Below, in pieces: positions 19,973-29,275 of a stretch of DNA of 55,752 nt. A model generated the notes under the pieces. It had not been told where the DNA came from. It ran no database searches and saw only the letters and a program-made list of their open reading frames with translations. Source of the DNA: Actinomycetes bacterium (GTDB taxonomy: Bacteria > Actinomycetota > Acidimicrobiia > Acidimicrobiales > Bog-793); contig JAJYVX010000003.1 in NCBI GenBank assembly GCA_021791795.1, forward strand, positions 1 through 55,752, read 5' to 3'. The first letter of the stretch is position 1. Every line of letters begins with the position of its first letter. The position numbers and the translations under genes are program-made.

Positions 19973-20242
19973 GTCTTGCTCCCACCTCCTATCACTGAAT
20001 CGTCGCGCCCTCGGCGAATCGATGTCACCGTATCACTCTCGGAAACTCTGTGTACTGGGAGTGAACAGCGGCGAGTCGACGTGCCCATCCCGCAGCCGGC
20101 CCCGGGACTGCGTGATTCCGCCGCCACCTCGGAGTTTGCCGGCTCAGCGGACTTCTTGCGCTCTGCCTCTTGACTACTGAAATCAGATATAGCAGATTTG
20201 ATCTCTGAAATCTTCGCTCAAGTGCCAGAGGGGGGGACCACG

Positions 20243-21583
20243 GTGACTGACAGCACGACGGTGGAGCGACCGCTCGGCTGGCACCTCGAGGGGCCGCTCG
20301 ACTACGGCGCCCTCGTGACAGACGACTTCCGGGTGCACCGGTCGGTCTTCACCGACCCGAAGATCTTCGAGGACGAGATGGTGCGCATCTTCGGGGGGAC
20401 GTGGGTCTACCTGTTGCACGAGAGCGAGATCCCAGAGCCCTTCGACTTCCAGACCCGCCGCGTGGGCCGCCGTCCTGTCATCGTGACGAGAGCCGAGGAC
20501 GGCGAGATCCACGTCCTGTTGAACCGCTGCACGCATCGCGGGACGCTCTTGTGCCCGCTCGAGACGGGCAACCAGAAGCGCTTCCAGTGCGCCTACCACG
20601 GCTGGACCTTCTCCAATTCGGGTGACCTGACGGCGATCACCTATCCGGACGGCTACCGGGAGGACTTCGCCAAGGAGGCCTACAACCTCGGCAGGGCGCC
20701 GAGAGTGCAGTCCTACCGCGGGTTCGTCTTCTGCAGCTTCAACCCGGACGTGGAGAGCGTCGAGGCCTGGATGGGACCGGCCCGGACGATCTTCGACTGG
20801 GCGGTCGACCGGGCTGGTGGCGACGACCACGTCAAGATGGTGAAGGCCTCGACGATGGAGTACCGGGGCAACTGGAAGCTGCAGAACGACAACAACGGCG
20901 ACATGTACCACGTGCCGTTCACCCACCGCTCGACGCTCACGATGACCCGACAGCGCCACGGTGCCGGCAAGTCGCTCGACCACTTCAAGGGCGACAGCAG
21001 CCCCATGACGGTACGGGACCTCGGGAACGGCCACAAGATGATCGACCAGCGCCCCTCGATCGACTCCGTCTGGGAGAGGGCACGCCCCATTCCAGGTCGC
21101 GAGACACAGGCCGAGCAGTTGATCGCCCGCATCGGCGAGCAGCGTGCCCGCCAGTACCTCGAGTACGTAGGGAGAGCAGGGATCAACTTGATCCTCTACC
21201 CGAACCTCTACGTGGGCGGCAACGCGAGCCTCCTCGTGTACGAGCCCGTGGCGGTGAACCGCACGTTCGTCCACAGCTACATCGCGCTGTTGCCTGGAGC
21301 TCCACCTGAGATAAACGCGCTTCGGATGCGATTCGAGGAGGACTTCATCAACATCGGCAACCGCGACGACAACGAGGTGTTCGAGCGGCTTGCGGCCGCT
21401 CTGGGCGACATACCGGAGATGCCGTGGATCGACGTGAGCCGAGGTTGGCGAACGGCCGGCGAGACGGTCGAGGCGGATGAGTCTCTCAGTGGACGCGTCA
21501 CCTACGAGACCGGGATCAGGGCCAGCTACGTCCGGTGGCGCGAGCTGATGACAAAAGCACCCGCGATGGCTGTCGGCGTCTAG
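20243..21583 (+). CDS. Rieske [2Fe-2S] ring-hydroxylating oxygenase alpha subunit
   Basis: Rieske motif CTHRGTLLC...CAYHGWTF and mononuclear-iron motif NNGDMYHVPFTH. GAGGGGGGG RBS precedes the in-frame GTG at 20243. The ORF-track TTG at 20198 lies in an AT-rich promoter-like tract. Confidence 0.9.
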   Translation: MTDSTTVERPLGWHLEGPLDYGALVTDDFRVHRSVFTDPKIFEDEMVRIFGGTWVYLLHESEIPEPFDFQTRRVGRRPVIVTRAEDGEIHVLLNRCTHRGTLLCPLETGNQKRFQCAYHGWTFSNSGDLTAITYPDGYREDFAKEAYNLGRAPRVQSYRGFVFCSFNPDVESVEAWMGPARTIFDWAVDRAGGDDHVKMVKASTMEYRGNWKLQNDNNGDMYHVPFTHRSTLTMTRQRHGAGKSLDHFKGDSSPMTVRDLGNGHKMIDQRPSIDSVWERARPIPGRETQAEQLIARIGEQRARQYLEYVGRAGINLILYPNLYVGGNASLLVYEPVAVNRTFVHSYIALLPGAPPEINALRMRFEEDFINIGNRDDNEVFERLAAALGDIPEMPWIDVSRGWRTAGETVEADESLSGRVTYETGIRASYVRWRELMTKAPAMAVGV

Positions 21584-21599
21584 GAAAGGACAGCGAGTC

Positions 21600-22184
21600 G
21601 TGCAAGTCGAGCCAGAGATGCTTCTCGCCGAGGAAGACGTCCGTTACGTGAACGACGAGCTATACGAGGACGTCTTTCGCTTCTACCGGGAGAGCTCGGA
21701 GTGGACCGGACCGGGATCCCACGAACCGGAGCCTGAGGCGGTCGTCGTACGGGAGGCTCGTCTTCTCGACCAGCGCAACTACGAGAGCTGGCTCGACCTC
21801 TTCCTGCCCCGGTGCGTCTACTGGGTGCCGGGTCGCGAGGTCGTCGGCGACCCACGGGAAGAGCCGGCGCTTCACTTCGACGACCACCGCCGGCTGGTCG
21901 ACCGGGTGGCGCTCATAAGGACGGGGTTTCTCCACGCCCAGACCCCCCCGTCCGTCACCTGTCGCATGGTTGGCTCGCTCGAATCTGGGCGCCACGCTGC
22001 GGGCACCTGCGACGTCTTCTCGAGCGTGCTGATCGACGCCTACCGGGGGGGGGCCCACGTCCAGTACGCCGGCCGCCAGTTCCACCGGATCGCGGAGACA
22101 CAAGACGGCTGGGCGATCCAGTACCGGGTCCTGCTCCTCAACGACCGCGCCGGGAGCCAGGGCAACATCACCTTCATCCTTTGA
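21600..22184 (+). CDS. Ring-hydroxylating oxygenase beta subunit (NTF2/SnoaL-like)
   Basis: EARLLDQRNYESWLDLFLPRCVYWVP and HFDDHRRLVDRVALIRTG are typical of RHO beta subunits. GTG start with AGGAAAGGA RBS. Confidence 0.85.
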   Translation: MQVEPEMLLAEEDVRYVNDELYEDVFRFYRESSEWTGPGSHEPEPEAVVVREARLLDQRNYESWLDLFLPRCVYWVPGREVVGDPREEPALHFDDHRRLVDRVALIRTGFLHAQTPPSVTCRMVGSLESGRHAAGTCDVFSSVLIDAYRGGAHVQYAGRQFHRIAETQDGWAIQYRVLLLNDRAGSQGNITFIL

Positions 22185-22236
22185 CCGGAGACAGCCTCGA
22201 TGGGACACGAGACATGCTGACAAGGAAGCGAACTCG

Positions 22237-22896
22237 GTGAAGCTCTCCCGCGTAGTGAGCCTTCGGGCGAACGGTGAAGCGGTGTGGCAGTCGATAAGCG
22301 ACGTCAAGGCGCTGGCCGAGTGCATCCCGGGTGTCGAGCTGTTCGGCCAAGACCAGAGCGGCGACTACCGGGGCGCCATCACGTTCAAGACCGGCCCGAA
22401 GTCCGTGCGCTTCGAGGGCAGCGTGAAGTTCAAGCTGGACGAGGTGGCTCGCTCAGGGGAGCTCGAGGCCGTCGGCTCCGATAGGCGCCAGGCGTCGAGA
22501 GCCAAGGCCCAGCTTGCCTTCGCCGTGGTGGAACGGGATGGCGCGAGCGAGCTCACCCTCGACGGCGACGTGACGTTCGTCGGCGCGCTGGCCGAGTTCG
22601 CCGAGTCCGGCGGCGTCTACGTCGGTGAGCAGCTGATGGACGCCTTCGCTGCCGAGCTGGAGCAGCGGATGGCCGGAACAGAGGCGTCGTCTCGAGCCGG
22701 TGCCGCTCTGCCGTCCGAGGGTTCTGATCCGGGGGTCGTTGGTGCGCCGGCAGTCGTCGGCCCGCAAGCAGCCGCTCCGATTCGGATCAAGTTGTTCGCT
22801 CTCATCCGCACAGCCATCCGTGGGCTCTGGCAACGGCGCCGAGTCACTTCGACCGCATTGAGCAGAGGAGACAAGACCGCTGATGAAGGTATCTGA
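22237..22896 (+). CDS. CoxG/SRPBCC-family protein with extended C-terminal tail
   Basis: N-terminus VWQSISDVKALAECIPGVE...GAITFKTGPKSVRFEGSVKF matches the CoxG fold. The C-terminus has an Ala/Pro-rich linker and an amphipathic helix IRIKLFALIRTAIRGLW. Confidence 0.75.
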   Translation: MKLSRVVSLRANGEAVWQSISDVKALAECIPGVELFGQDQSGDYRGAITFKTGPKSVRFEGSVKFKLDEVARSGELEAVGSDRRQASRAKAQLAFAVVERDGASELTLDGDVTFVGALAEFAESGGVYVGEQLMDAFAAELEQRMAGTEASSRAGAALPSEGSDPGVVGAPAVVGPQAAAPIRIKLFALIRTAIRGLWQRRRVTSTALSRGDKTADEGI

Positions 22897-24556
22897 GGCC
22901 GTCGCCGAGACCGTCTACGCAGAGGGCGTCCGCAAGGTTTTCGTGGTGCTCGGCCACGGCAACATGGAGGCCTGCATCAAGCTCGGGCAGCTCGGCGCCG
23001 AGCTGCGCTCCGCCCGCCACGAGGCCGCCGCCGTCGCCATGGCCGAAGGCTACGCGCTCGCGACAGGGACCGTCGGCTTCGCTTCGGTGACGCGCGGTCC
23101 CGGGCTCACCCAGCTCGGTACAGCCCTCATGATGGCGTCACGCAACTCCGTGCCGATCGTGGTGTTGACCGGTGACATCTCAGCCGAGTCACCCAGCCAC
23201 GTCCAAGCGATGGACCAACGGCGTTTCGTCGAAGCCTGCGAGAGCATCTACAGAAGGGTCCGCACGGCGGGAACCGTGCACGACGACGTACGGGAGGCGT
23301 TCTACCGAGCCGCTGTCGAACGCCGTCCGGTCATCTTGAGCGTGGACGCGTCCCTCAAGGACCAGCAGTACGACTGGGGCGGTGACTACCGACCCTCCGC
23401 CAGCTACCTGCCCGTCAACAGCGGGATCCTTCCCGACGACGAGGCCATCGCGACACTACTGCAACGTCTCGAGCAGGCAGAGCGGCCGCTCATCCTCGTC
23501 GGCAGGGGCGCTCTCGCCGCGGAGGAAGAGATCGACCAGCTGGCGTCCATGCTCGGTGCCGCCGTCCTCACATCGCTGCCGGCGAAGGGCTTCATGTCGG
23601 GCAATCCATTCACCCTCGGGGTGGCCGGCGTCTTCGTGACAGAGGCCGGCGAAGCAGCCTCGGGCGACGCCGATGTCGTGCTCGCACTAGGCGCGAGCCT
23701 GAACCGCTACACGCTCGAAGGCGGTCTCCAGTTCCCCAACGCCGAGATAGTGACTGTCAACAACCGCCCTTTCACGAACTACGGCGACACGTTCGCCGAC
23801 ACCTACATCTGGGGCGACGCCAAGTCGACCTTGCGCGAGGTCAACGAACGGCTGAGACAGCGCGGCCACTCCAACACCGGCTTCCGGACGCCCGAGTTCG
23901 CCTCGTACCTGGACGCCGAGCGTCGCAGGGCTGCGGAGGACTGCTCTGCCAGCATGGGGAGCGACGGGCTCCTCGACCCGAGAGCAGTCGTCGCCTCCCT
24001 CGACAGCCGCCTGCCGGCAGACGCCTGGGTGGTGATCGGCCAGGGCCACTACTGGGCCTTCCCCATCGCGAACATGCGCGGCCCGGGAGGAGCACGCTTC
24101 GTGGTCGCCGGAGAATCCGGGGCGGTGGGCAACGCACTCGGAACCGCCATCGGCTTCGCAGAGGGCGCAGGCGACGCCCCCGTCGTGCTCGTAGAGGGCG
24201 ACGGCAGCCTCATGATGCACCTGCAGGAGCTCGACACCGTACGGCGGTATGGCACCCGCTTGCTGATCCTGCTGATGAACGACGAGGCCTTCGGTTCGGA
24301 GCTCCACTCTCTGCGGGCGCACGGCGTCGATGCGTCCGAGTCGGTGATCCCATCTCCCGACTTCGGCGATGTGGCGGGCGCCCTCGGATGGGTCGGCGTG
24401 CGAGCCGACTCTCTCGAGCAGTGCGAGAAGGCGATCGAGGCCTTCTTCTCCGACACGAGGCCCTATGTGATCGACGCCCGGATCTCCCGTGAGGTCGTCT
24501 CGCCACCTGCTCGGCGACTCGAGTACGGCGAGAACGTCTTCTGTCCGTTGCTCTAG
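22883..24556 (+). CDS. Thiamine-diphosphate-dependent enzyme (acetolactate synthase / benzoylformate decarboxylase superfamily)
   Basis: Three-domain TPP architecture: N-terminal HEAAAVAMAEGYA...TRGPG and a C-terminal GDGS...MNDEAFG TPP-Mg motif. 557 aa. Confidence 0.85.
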   Translation: MKVSEAVAETVYAEGVRKVFVVLGHGNMEACIKLGQLGAELRSARHEAAAVAMAEGYALATGTVGFASVTRGPGLTQLGTALMMASRNSVPIVVLTGDISAESPSHVQAMDQRRFVEACESIYRRVRTAGTVHDDVREAFYRAAVERRPVILSVDASLKDQQYDWGGDYRPSASYLPVNSGILPDDEAIATLLQRLEQAERPLILVGRGALAAEEEIDQLASMLGAAVLTSLPAKGFMSGNPFTLGVAGVFVTEAGEAASGDADVVLALGASLNRYTLEGGLQFPNAEIVTVNNRPFTNYGDTFADTYIWGDAKSTLREVNERLRQRGHSNTGFRTPEFASYLDAERRRAAEDCSASMGSDGLLDPRAVVASLDSRLPADAWVVIGQGHYWAFPIANMRGPGGARFVVAGESGAVGNALGTAIGFAEGAGDAPVVLVEGDGSLMMHLQELDTVRRYGTRLLILLMNDEAFGSELHSLRAHGVDASESVIPSPDFGDVAGALGWVGVRADSLEQCEKAIEAFFSDTRPYVIDARISREVVSPPARRLEYGENVFCPLL

Positions 24557-24586
24557 CGGATCCTGGCACTGGAGGGAAGGAACGAG

Positions 24587-25756
24587 TTGGGAGTGGACAT
24601 GTCGCCGAACACACGTCCGAACGTTGCAAGTCTCGAGGTGTACGAGGGTGGTAGGTCACCGGAACTGGTACGTGCGGAGCTCGGTCTCTCGGGGCCGCTC
24701 GTGGAGCTTGGCGCGAACGAGAGGCCCTTCCCGCCGGACGACTTCGTCCTCGCGGCCGTCTACGAGGCCGCGAGGCAGGGCCACCGCTATCCGGACTACA
24801 CAGCGAAGGAGCTACGGCGCGCCCTCGTCGGCCACCTTGCGGAAGAGGAGGCACGATGGAATCGTCGCTGCGAGGTAGCCGAGGAGCAGATCGTCGTGGG
24901 CTGCGGGTCGAGCAGCCTCATCCAGCAGCTCTTCCTCTGCTACGTGAGCGAGGGCGACGAGATCGTCGTGCCGTGGCCGAGCTACCGGCCGTTGCTGCAC
25001 AACGCGCAACTCTGTGGTGCAGAGGTCGTCCGCGTCGGGCTCGTGGACGAAACGGCGGACCTTCCGGCGATGCTTCGTGCGATCACGCCTCGCACCAAGG
25101 TGATCTGCCTCACGAACCCCAACAATCCCACCAGCACAGCCGTCGAACGTGCCAGCGTGACGGCCTTCCTCGAACAGGTGCCCTCGGACATCGTCGTCCT
25201 CGTCGACGAGGCCTACGTCGAGTACTCCGCTGGCGAGCTCTACGGCTCGGCCGTTCACGACCTCGTCCACTTCGGGAATCTCGTGGTCGCACGCACGTTC
25301 TCGAAGACGTTCGGGCTCGCAGGCTTCCGAGTCGGCTTCGCCGTCTCGAACCCGGCCATCGTGAATGACCTTCGGCGAGTGGGCTTCGCCTTCCCTGTGG
25401 GGAACTGTGCCCAGGCCGCTGCGCTTGCCACCGTGCGCAGTCCTCAAGTCCTCGAGGCGCACTTGCAGCGTGTCCTCGAGGAACGCGAGCGAGTCACGAG
25501 GGAGCTGCGCCAACTCGGTTGGCGCGTTGCTGATTCGCGGACAAATTTTATCTGGCTGCCCCTGGGTGCACCTGGCGCCAGCAGCGATCTCGCCAGACGG
25601 CTCGAAGCTGTCGGGGTCGTGACAAGGGCTTTTGCCGAAGGCCTCCGCGTGACCATAGGCACGCGGGAAGAGAACGACGTCCTTCTCGCACGGTTGTCCG
25701 AGCTCGGACCTTCCCTGTCCTCGGCGAGTCGAGTCGAGAGCACCTTGCGGTCATGA
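24587..25756 (+). CDS. Class I/II pyridoxal-phosphate aminotransferase (HisC-like)
   Basis: YPDYTAKELRRAL, NPNNPT and ARTFSKTFGLAGFRVG (PLP lysine) motifs. GGAGGGAAGG RBS. Start is TTG 24587, GTG 24593 or ATG 24599. Confidence 0.85.
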   Translation: MGVDMSPNTRPNVASLEVYEGGRSPELVRAELGLSGPLVELGANERPFPPDDFVLAAVYEAARQGHRYPDYTAKELRRALVGHLAEEEARWNRRCEVAEEQIVVGCGSSSLIQQLFLCYVSEGDEIVVPWPSYRPLLHNAQLCGAEVVRVGLVDETADLPAMLRAITPRTKVICLTNPNNPTSTAVERASVTAFLEQVPSDIVVLVDEAYVEYSAGELYGSAVHDLVHFGNLVVARTFSKTFGLAGFRVGFAVSNPAIVNDLRRVGFAFPVGNCAQAAALATVRSPQVLEAHLQRVLEERERVTRELRQLGWRVADSRTNFIWLPLGAPGASSDLARRLEAVGVVTRAFAEGLRVTIGTREENDVLLARLSELGPSLSSASRVESTLRS

Positions 25757-26376
25757 GCGCACCCCTGCTCCGGCCGGACTTCCACTTCATGTCTGCCCCG
25801 TCACTGGAGTCGATCACGCCGGACGAGTGGCGCCTGATCCAAGGGCAGCGCGTGACGTTCCACCGCGAGCTCGCTGCAGAGCAGTTGCTCGCCATGCTGA
25901 AGGCCGGAGCAGAGCTCCCCACCTACGGCTACCGCCTGAACAACTTCCAGCACTGCTTGCAGACCGCGACCATGATGGCGAGGGCGGGCTACGACGAGGA
26001 GGACGTGGTCGTCGGCCTCCTCCACGACGTCGCCTTCGTCGTCGCTCCCGATCAGCACGGTGCGGCGGCAGCCCAGCTCCTGAAGCAGGTGACTTCTGAG
26101 CGCAACCACTGGATGCTCGAAAACCACGCGCTCGTCGGCGAGCGCTTCCTACCTGGGGACAGGGGCGCCTGGCGAGAGCTGCGTCACCACGAGCACTTCG
26201 CCTGGACGGAGGAATTCGTCGAGCGCTTCGACCTGCGTGCCATCGATCCGCTCGAACCGATCGCGCCGCTAGAGGAATTCGAACCCACCGTCGACAAAGT
26301 CTTCGCATCCCGGCTCGGTGAAGGGCTTGCCCAGCCGAGCGGACTGCTCGATCCTGACAAGGAGGCGACTGGATGA
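25753..26376 (+). CDS. HD-domain protein resembling PhnZ/TmpB-type diiron oxygenases
   Basis: NNFQHCLQTATMMARAGYDEEDVVVGLLHDVAF plus downstream His residues (DQHG, NHWMLENH). 207 aa. ATGA overlap with the aminotransferase gene. Confidence 0.6.
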   Translation: MSAPLLRPDFHFMSAPSLESITPDEWRLIQGQRVTFHRELAAEQLLAMLKAGAELPTYGYRLNNFQHCLQTATMMARAGYDEEDVVVGLLHDVAFVVAPDQHGAAAAQLLKQVTSERNHWMLENHALVGERFLPGDRGAWRELRHHEHFAWTEEFVERFDLRAIDPLEPIAPLEEFEPTVDKVFASRLGEGLAQPSGLLDPDKEATG

Positions 26377-27332
26377 GCCTCTCCATAGCTCGTGACACCG
26401 CCGAGACAGAGCTGCGACAGGAGCAGGCGGTCTCCCGCACAAAGCTCGCACACAAACGCCACTGGGGCGAGATCGTCGCCAGCGTCCTCGTCGTGGTCGT
26501 CGCTGCGTTCATCATCCACGCGATCGTGGTCAACAAGAACATGCAGTGGCATGTCGTCTGGTCATACTTCGGCTCGCACGTGATCATCACCGCTCTTCTC
26601 GTGACTCTCGAGCTCAGCCTCGTGAGCCAGGCGATTGCGATCGTGCTCGGCATCCTCCTTGCCGCCATGGGCCAGGCGCGCAATCCGGTGATGCGGACTG
26701 CTCAACAGGGCTACATCTGGCTATTCAGAGGTACGCCTCTTCTCGTACAACTGCTGTTCTGGTACAACCTGGCGCTCCTCTTCCCGAACATCAGTCTCGG
26801 CATACCTTTCACCCACCTGTATCTCTTCCAGGAGAGCACCAACAGCGTCATCACCGGCTTCGTTGCGAGCATCCTCGGCCTCGCCCTGAACGAGGGCGCC
26901 TATATGGCGGAGATAGTCCGCAGCGGCATCCTTGCGGTGCCGAAGGGGCAACTGGACGCCGGCTCGAGCCTAGGCATGAGACGCCGACGGGTGTTCCGCA
27001 AGATCGTCCTGCCCCAAGCCGTCCGGGTCATGATCCCGCCCACGGGTAACCAGTTCATCGGTCTGCTCAAAGCCAGCTCGCTCGTGTCCGTGATCGGCGG
27101 TGGAGACCTCCTCACGCGGGTGGAGTACATCTACGGGCAGAACTTCCTCGTCATCCCTCTCCTACTCGTTGCAAGCATCTGGTACCTCGTCCTGACCTCG
27201 CTCGCAACGATCGGTCAGCACTTCCTCGAGCGTGCCCTCGACGTCGAGAAACGAGGTCCCCGATCGGAGCGGCTCGGCCCCCGGTGGTTGAGGAACCTCC
27301 GCCCAGGAAAGGAGGGTGTCTCGTATGGCTGA
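26373..27332 (+). CDS. Polar amino-acid ABC transporter permease
   Basis: Multiple TM segments and the EAA-type loop [35 protein letters not shown] overlap with the upstream gene. Confidence 0.9.
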   Translation: MSLSIARDTAETELRQEQAVSRTKLAHKRHWGEIVASVLVVVVAAFIIHAIVVNKNMQWHVVWSYFGSHVIITALLVTLELSLVSQAIAIVLGILLAAMGQARNPVMRTAQQGYIWLFRGTPLLVQLLFWYNLALLFPNISLGIPFTHLYLFQESTNSVITGFVASILGLALNEGAYMAEIVRSGILAVPKGQLDAGSSLGMRRRRVFRKIVLPQAVRVMIPPTGNQFIGLLKASSLVSVIGGGDLLTRVEYIYGQNFLVIPLLLVASIWYLVLTSLATIGQHFLERALDVEKRGPRSERLGPRWLRNLRPGKEGVSYG

Positions 27333-28140
27333 TCCGACTGTTCAGGCGACGGGGGTTCACAAGTGGTTCGGCCAGACGCACGTGCTCCGCGGCATCGACT
27401 TGACCGTTGCTCCGGGCCAGATCGTCGGAATCATCGGCCCCTCGGGCTCGGGGAAGAGCACGTTCCTGCGCTGCATCAACCATCTCGAGACGATCGACGC
27501 AGGCGACATCCTCTTTCAGGGCAAGTCCGTGGCGCGCCGCTTGCTGAAGGACCGTCCCTTCGAGATCGACGAGAAGAGCGTGTGCGACCTTCGCTCTCGC
27601 ATGGGAATGGTGTTCCAGCAGTTCCACCTGTTTCCTCACCTGACGGCTCTGCAGAACGTGATGCTCGGTCCAGTGAACGTCCTCAAGCAGAAGAAAGGGG
27701 AGGCCGAGCAGATCGCGACCGACCTCCTGAAGCGGGTCGGCCTCGCGGATCGCGGCCATCATTTCCCCGCCCAGCTCTCGGGTGGTCAGCAGCAACGGGT
27801 GGCGATCGCCCGAGCGCTCGCGATGAACCCGGCTCTCATGCTCTTCGACGAGCCGACGAGCGCTCTCGACCCGGAGTTGGTGGGTGAGGTGCTAGCAGTC
27901 ATCCGGCAGCTCGCCGAGACGGGGATGACCATGATCATCGTCACGCACGAGATGCAGTTCGTGCAGGAGATAGCCGATCAAGTCCTCTTCATGGACAACG
28001 GCGTGGTCGTAGAGCGCGGAACGTGCAGGCAGGTCTTCAAGGATCCACGAGAGGCTCGCACGCGGGACTTCCTCGCGAGGGTGGCTCACTATCCGAAGCA
28101 GGAAAGAGAGGGGGAAGCCGGCAGGACGCTCAAGGTCTAG
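27325..28140 (+). CDS. Polar amino-acid ABC transporter ATP-binding protein
   Basis: Walker [10 protein letters not shown], signature [15 protein letters not shown], Walker [16 protein letters not shown] at 27325 with AAAGGAGGG RBS. Confidence 0.92.
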   Translation: MADPTVQATGVHKWFGQTHVLRGIDLTVAPGQIVGIIGPSGSGKSTFLRCINHLETIDAGDILFQGKSVARRLLKDRPFEIDEKSVCDLRSRMGMVFQQFHLFPHLTALQNVMLGPVNVLKQKKGEAEQIATDLLKRVGLADRGHHFPAQLSGGQQQRVAIARALAMNPALMLFDEPTSALDPELVGEVLAVIRQLAETGMTMIIVTHEMQFVQEIADQVLFMDNGVVVERGTCRQVFKDPREARTRDFLARVAHYPKQEREGEAGRTLKV

Positions 28141-28213
28141 CGGAGGTAACTGTGCAGTACATCGCATTTGTGAGGTTTCGGATCACTCATTATCGAATTG
28201 GGAGGGGAGTGAC

Positions 28214-29164
28214 GTGAAGAAAGGAAAGCCGCGTGCTTTCAGGATGCCGAAAGCGCTACTGGTGGGAGCAGCAGCACTTGCCATGGGGGTCGGGCTCGCG
28301 GCGTGCAGCAATGGCCCCAGCTCTTCAGGCACCGGATCGACTGGCAACACCACGAGCAGCTCAGGGAGCCATCCGGCCCTGTGGAAGCTCCTACCGGCGA
28401 ACATACGAGCCGCCGGCCAGATAACGATCGCGACCGACCCGGAGTTTCCGCCGTACGAGTACTACCTGAACGGCAAGTTGACCGGCTTCGAGCCTGCGCT
28501 GCTCAAGGCGATCGTCGGGCAGTTCGGAATAAAGCTGAACATCGTCTCGGCAGGCTTCGACGAGCTCATCCCTGGAGTTGACTCCGGCCGCTACGTGGCG
28601 GCCATGTCAGGCATAAGTGACCTACCCTCTCGTGAGAAGCAGGTCACCTTCGTCGACTATGGGGACTACGCGACTGCCTTCGTCACCGACGCAGCGAACC
28701 CGGGCCACGTCAGCTCGAACGCGCTCAGCGTCTGCGGTCTCTCCGTGAGCGGACAGAAGGGGACGATAACGGTGCCGGACGCGACGCAGCTGAGCCAGAA
28801 CTGCGTCAAGCACGGCAAGCCCGCCGTCAAGTTCGTGCAGTTCTCCTCCTCGGCCGACTCAACGCTCGCGGCCGAGTCGGGACGGGTCAATGCCCAGCTC
28901 CAGGACTACATCGAGGCTGTCTACGAGGCCCAGGAGACCCATGGGAAGATGAAGGTGTATGCCGTTCCCTTCCTCCCGAAGGGACCGATGGGGATCATCA
29001 CGAAGATCGGCGCTACCCAACTGGACAACGCCTTTCTCCAGGCCGTGAAGGCGATCCAGACGGACGGCGCGTACATGAAGATCATCAACCAGTGGAAGAT
29101 CCCGTCCGCTGCCCTCATGACGCCGGGAATCAACCTGAACAAGTCGGGCAAGTACGGCAACTGA
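28214..29164 (+). CDS. ABC transporter substrate-binding lipoprotein (family 3, amino acid/opine type)
   Basis: Signal peptide with lipobox GLAACS and a Ser/Gly/Thr linker, then the SBP_bac_3-like core (ITIATDPEFPPYEY). GGGAGGGGA RBS. Confidence 0.85.
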   Translation: MKKGKPRAFRMPKALLVGAAALAMGVGLAACSNGPSSSGTGSTGNTTSSSGSHPALWKLLPANIRAAGQITIATDPEFPPYEYYLNGKLTGFEPALLKAIVGQFGIKLNIVSAGFDELIPGVDSGRYVAAMSGISDLPSREKQVTFVDYGDYATAFVTDAANPGHVSSNALSVCGLSVSGQKGTITVPDATQLSQNCVKHGKPAVKFVQFSSSADSTLAAESGRVNAQLQDYIEAVYEAQETHGKMKVYAVPFLPKGPMGIITKIGATQLDNAFLQAVKAIQTDGAYMKIINQWKIPSAALMTPGINLNKSGKYGN

Positions 29165-29173
29165 CGACACCCG

Positions 29174-29216
29174 GCGGCGAACGGCGGGGGGCTGCAGGCT
29201 CTCAGCCGTTCGCCGC
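29174..29216 (+). terminator. GC-rich hairpin, candidate intrinsic terminator after the ABC transporter genes
   Basis: Perfect 12-bp stem GCGGCGAACGGC (29174-29185) / GCCGTTCGCCGC (29205-29216) with a 19-nt loop. It starts 10 nt after the stop at 29164 and is followed by TTGCC, so there is no strong U-tract. Confidence 0.4.
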
Positions 29217-29275
29217 TTGCCGGACGACAAGCCGACGGCCGCGTCGCCGGCGGTCGTCGGACATGACGCAAGGAG

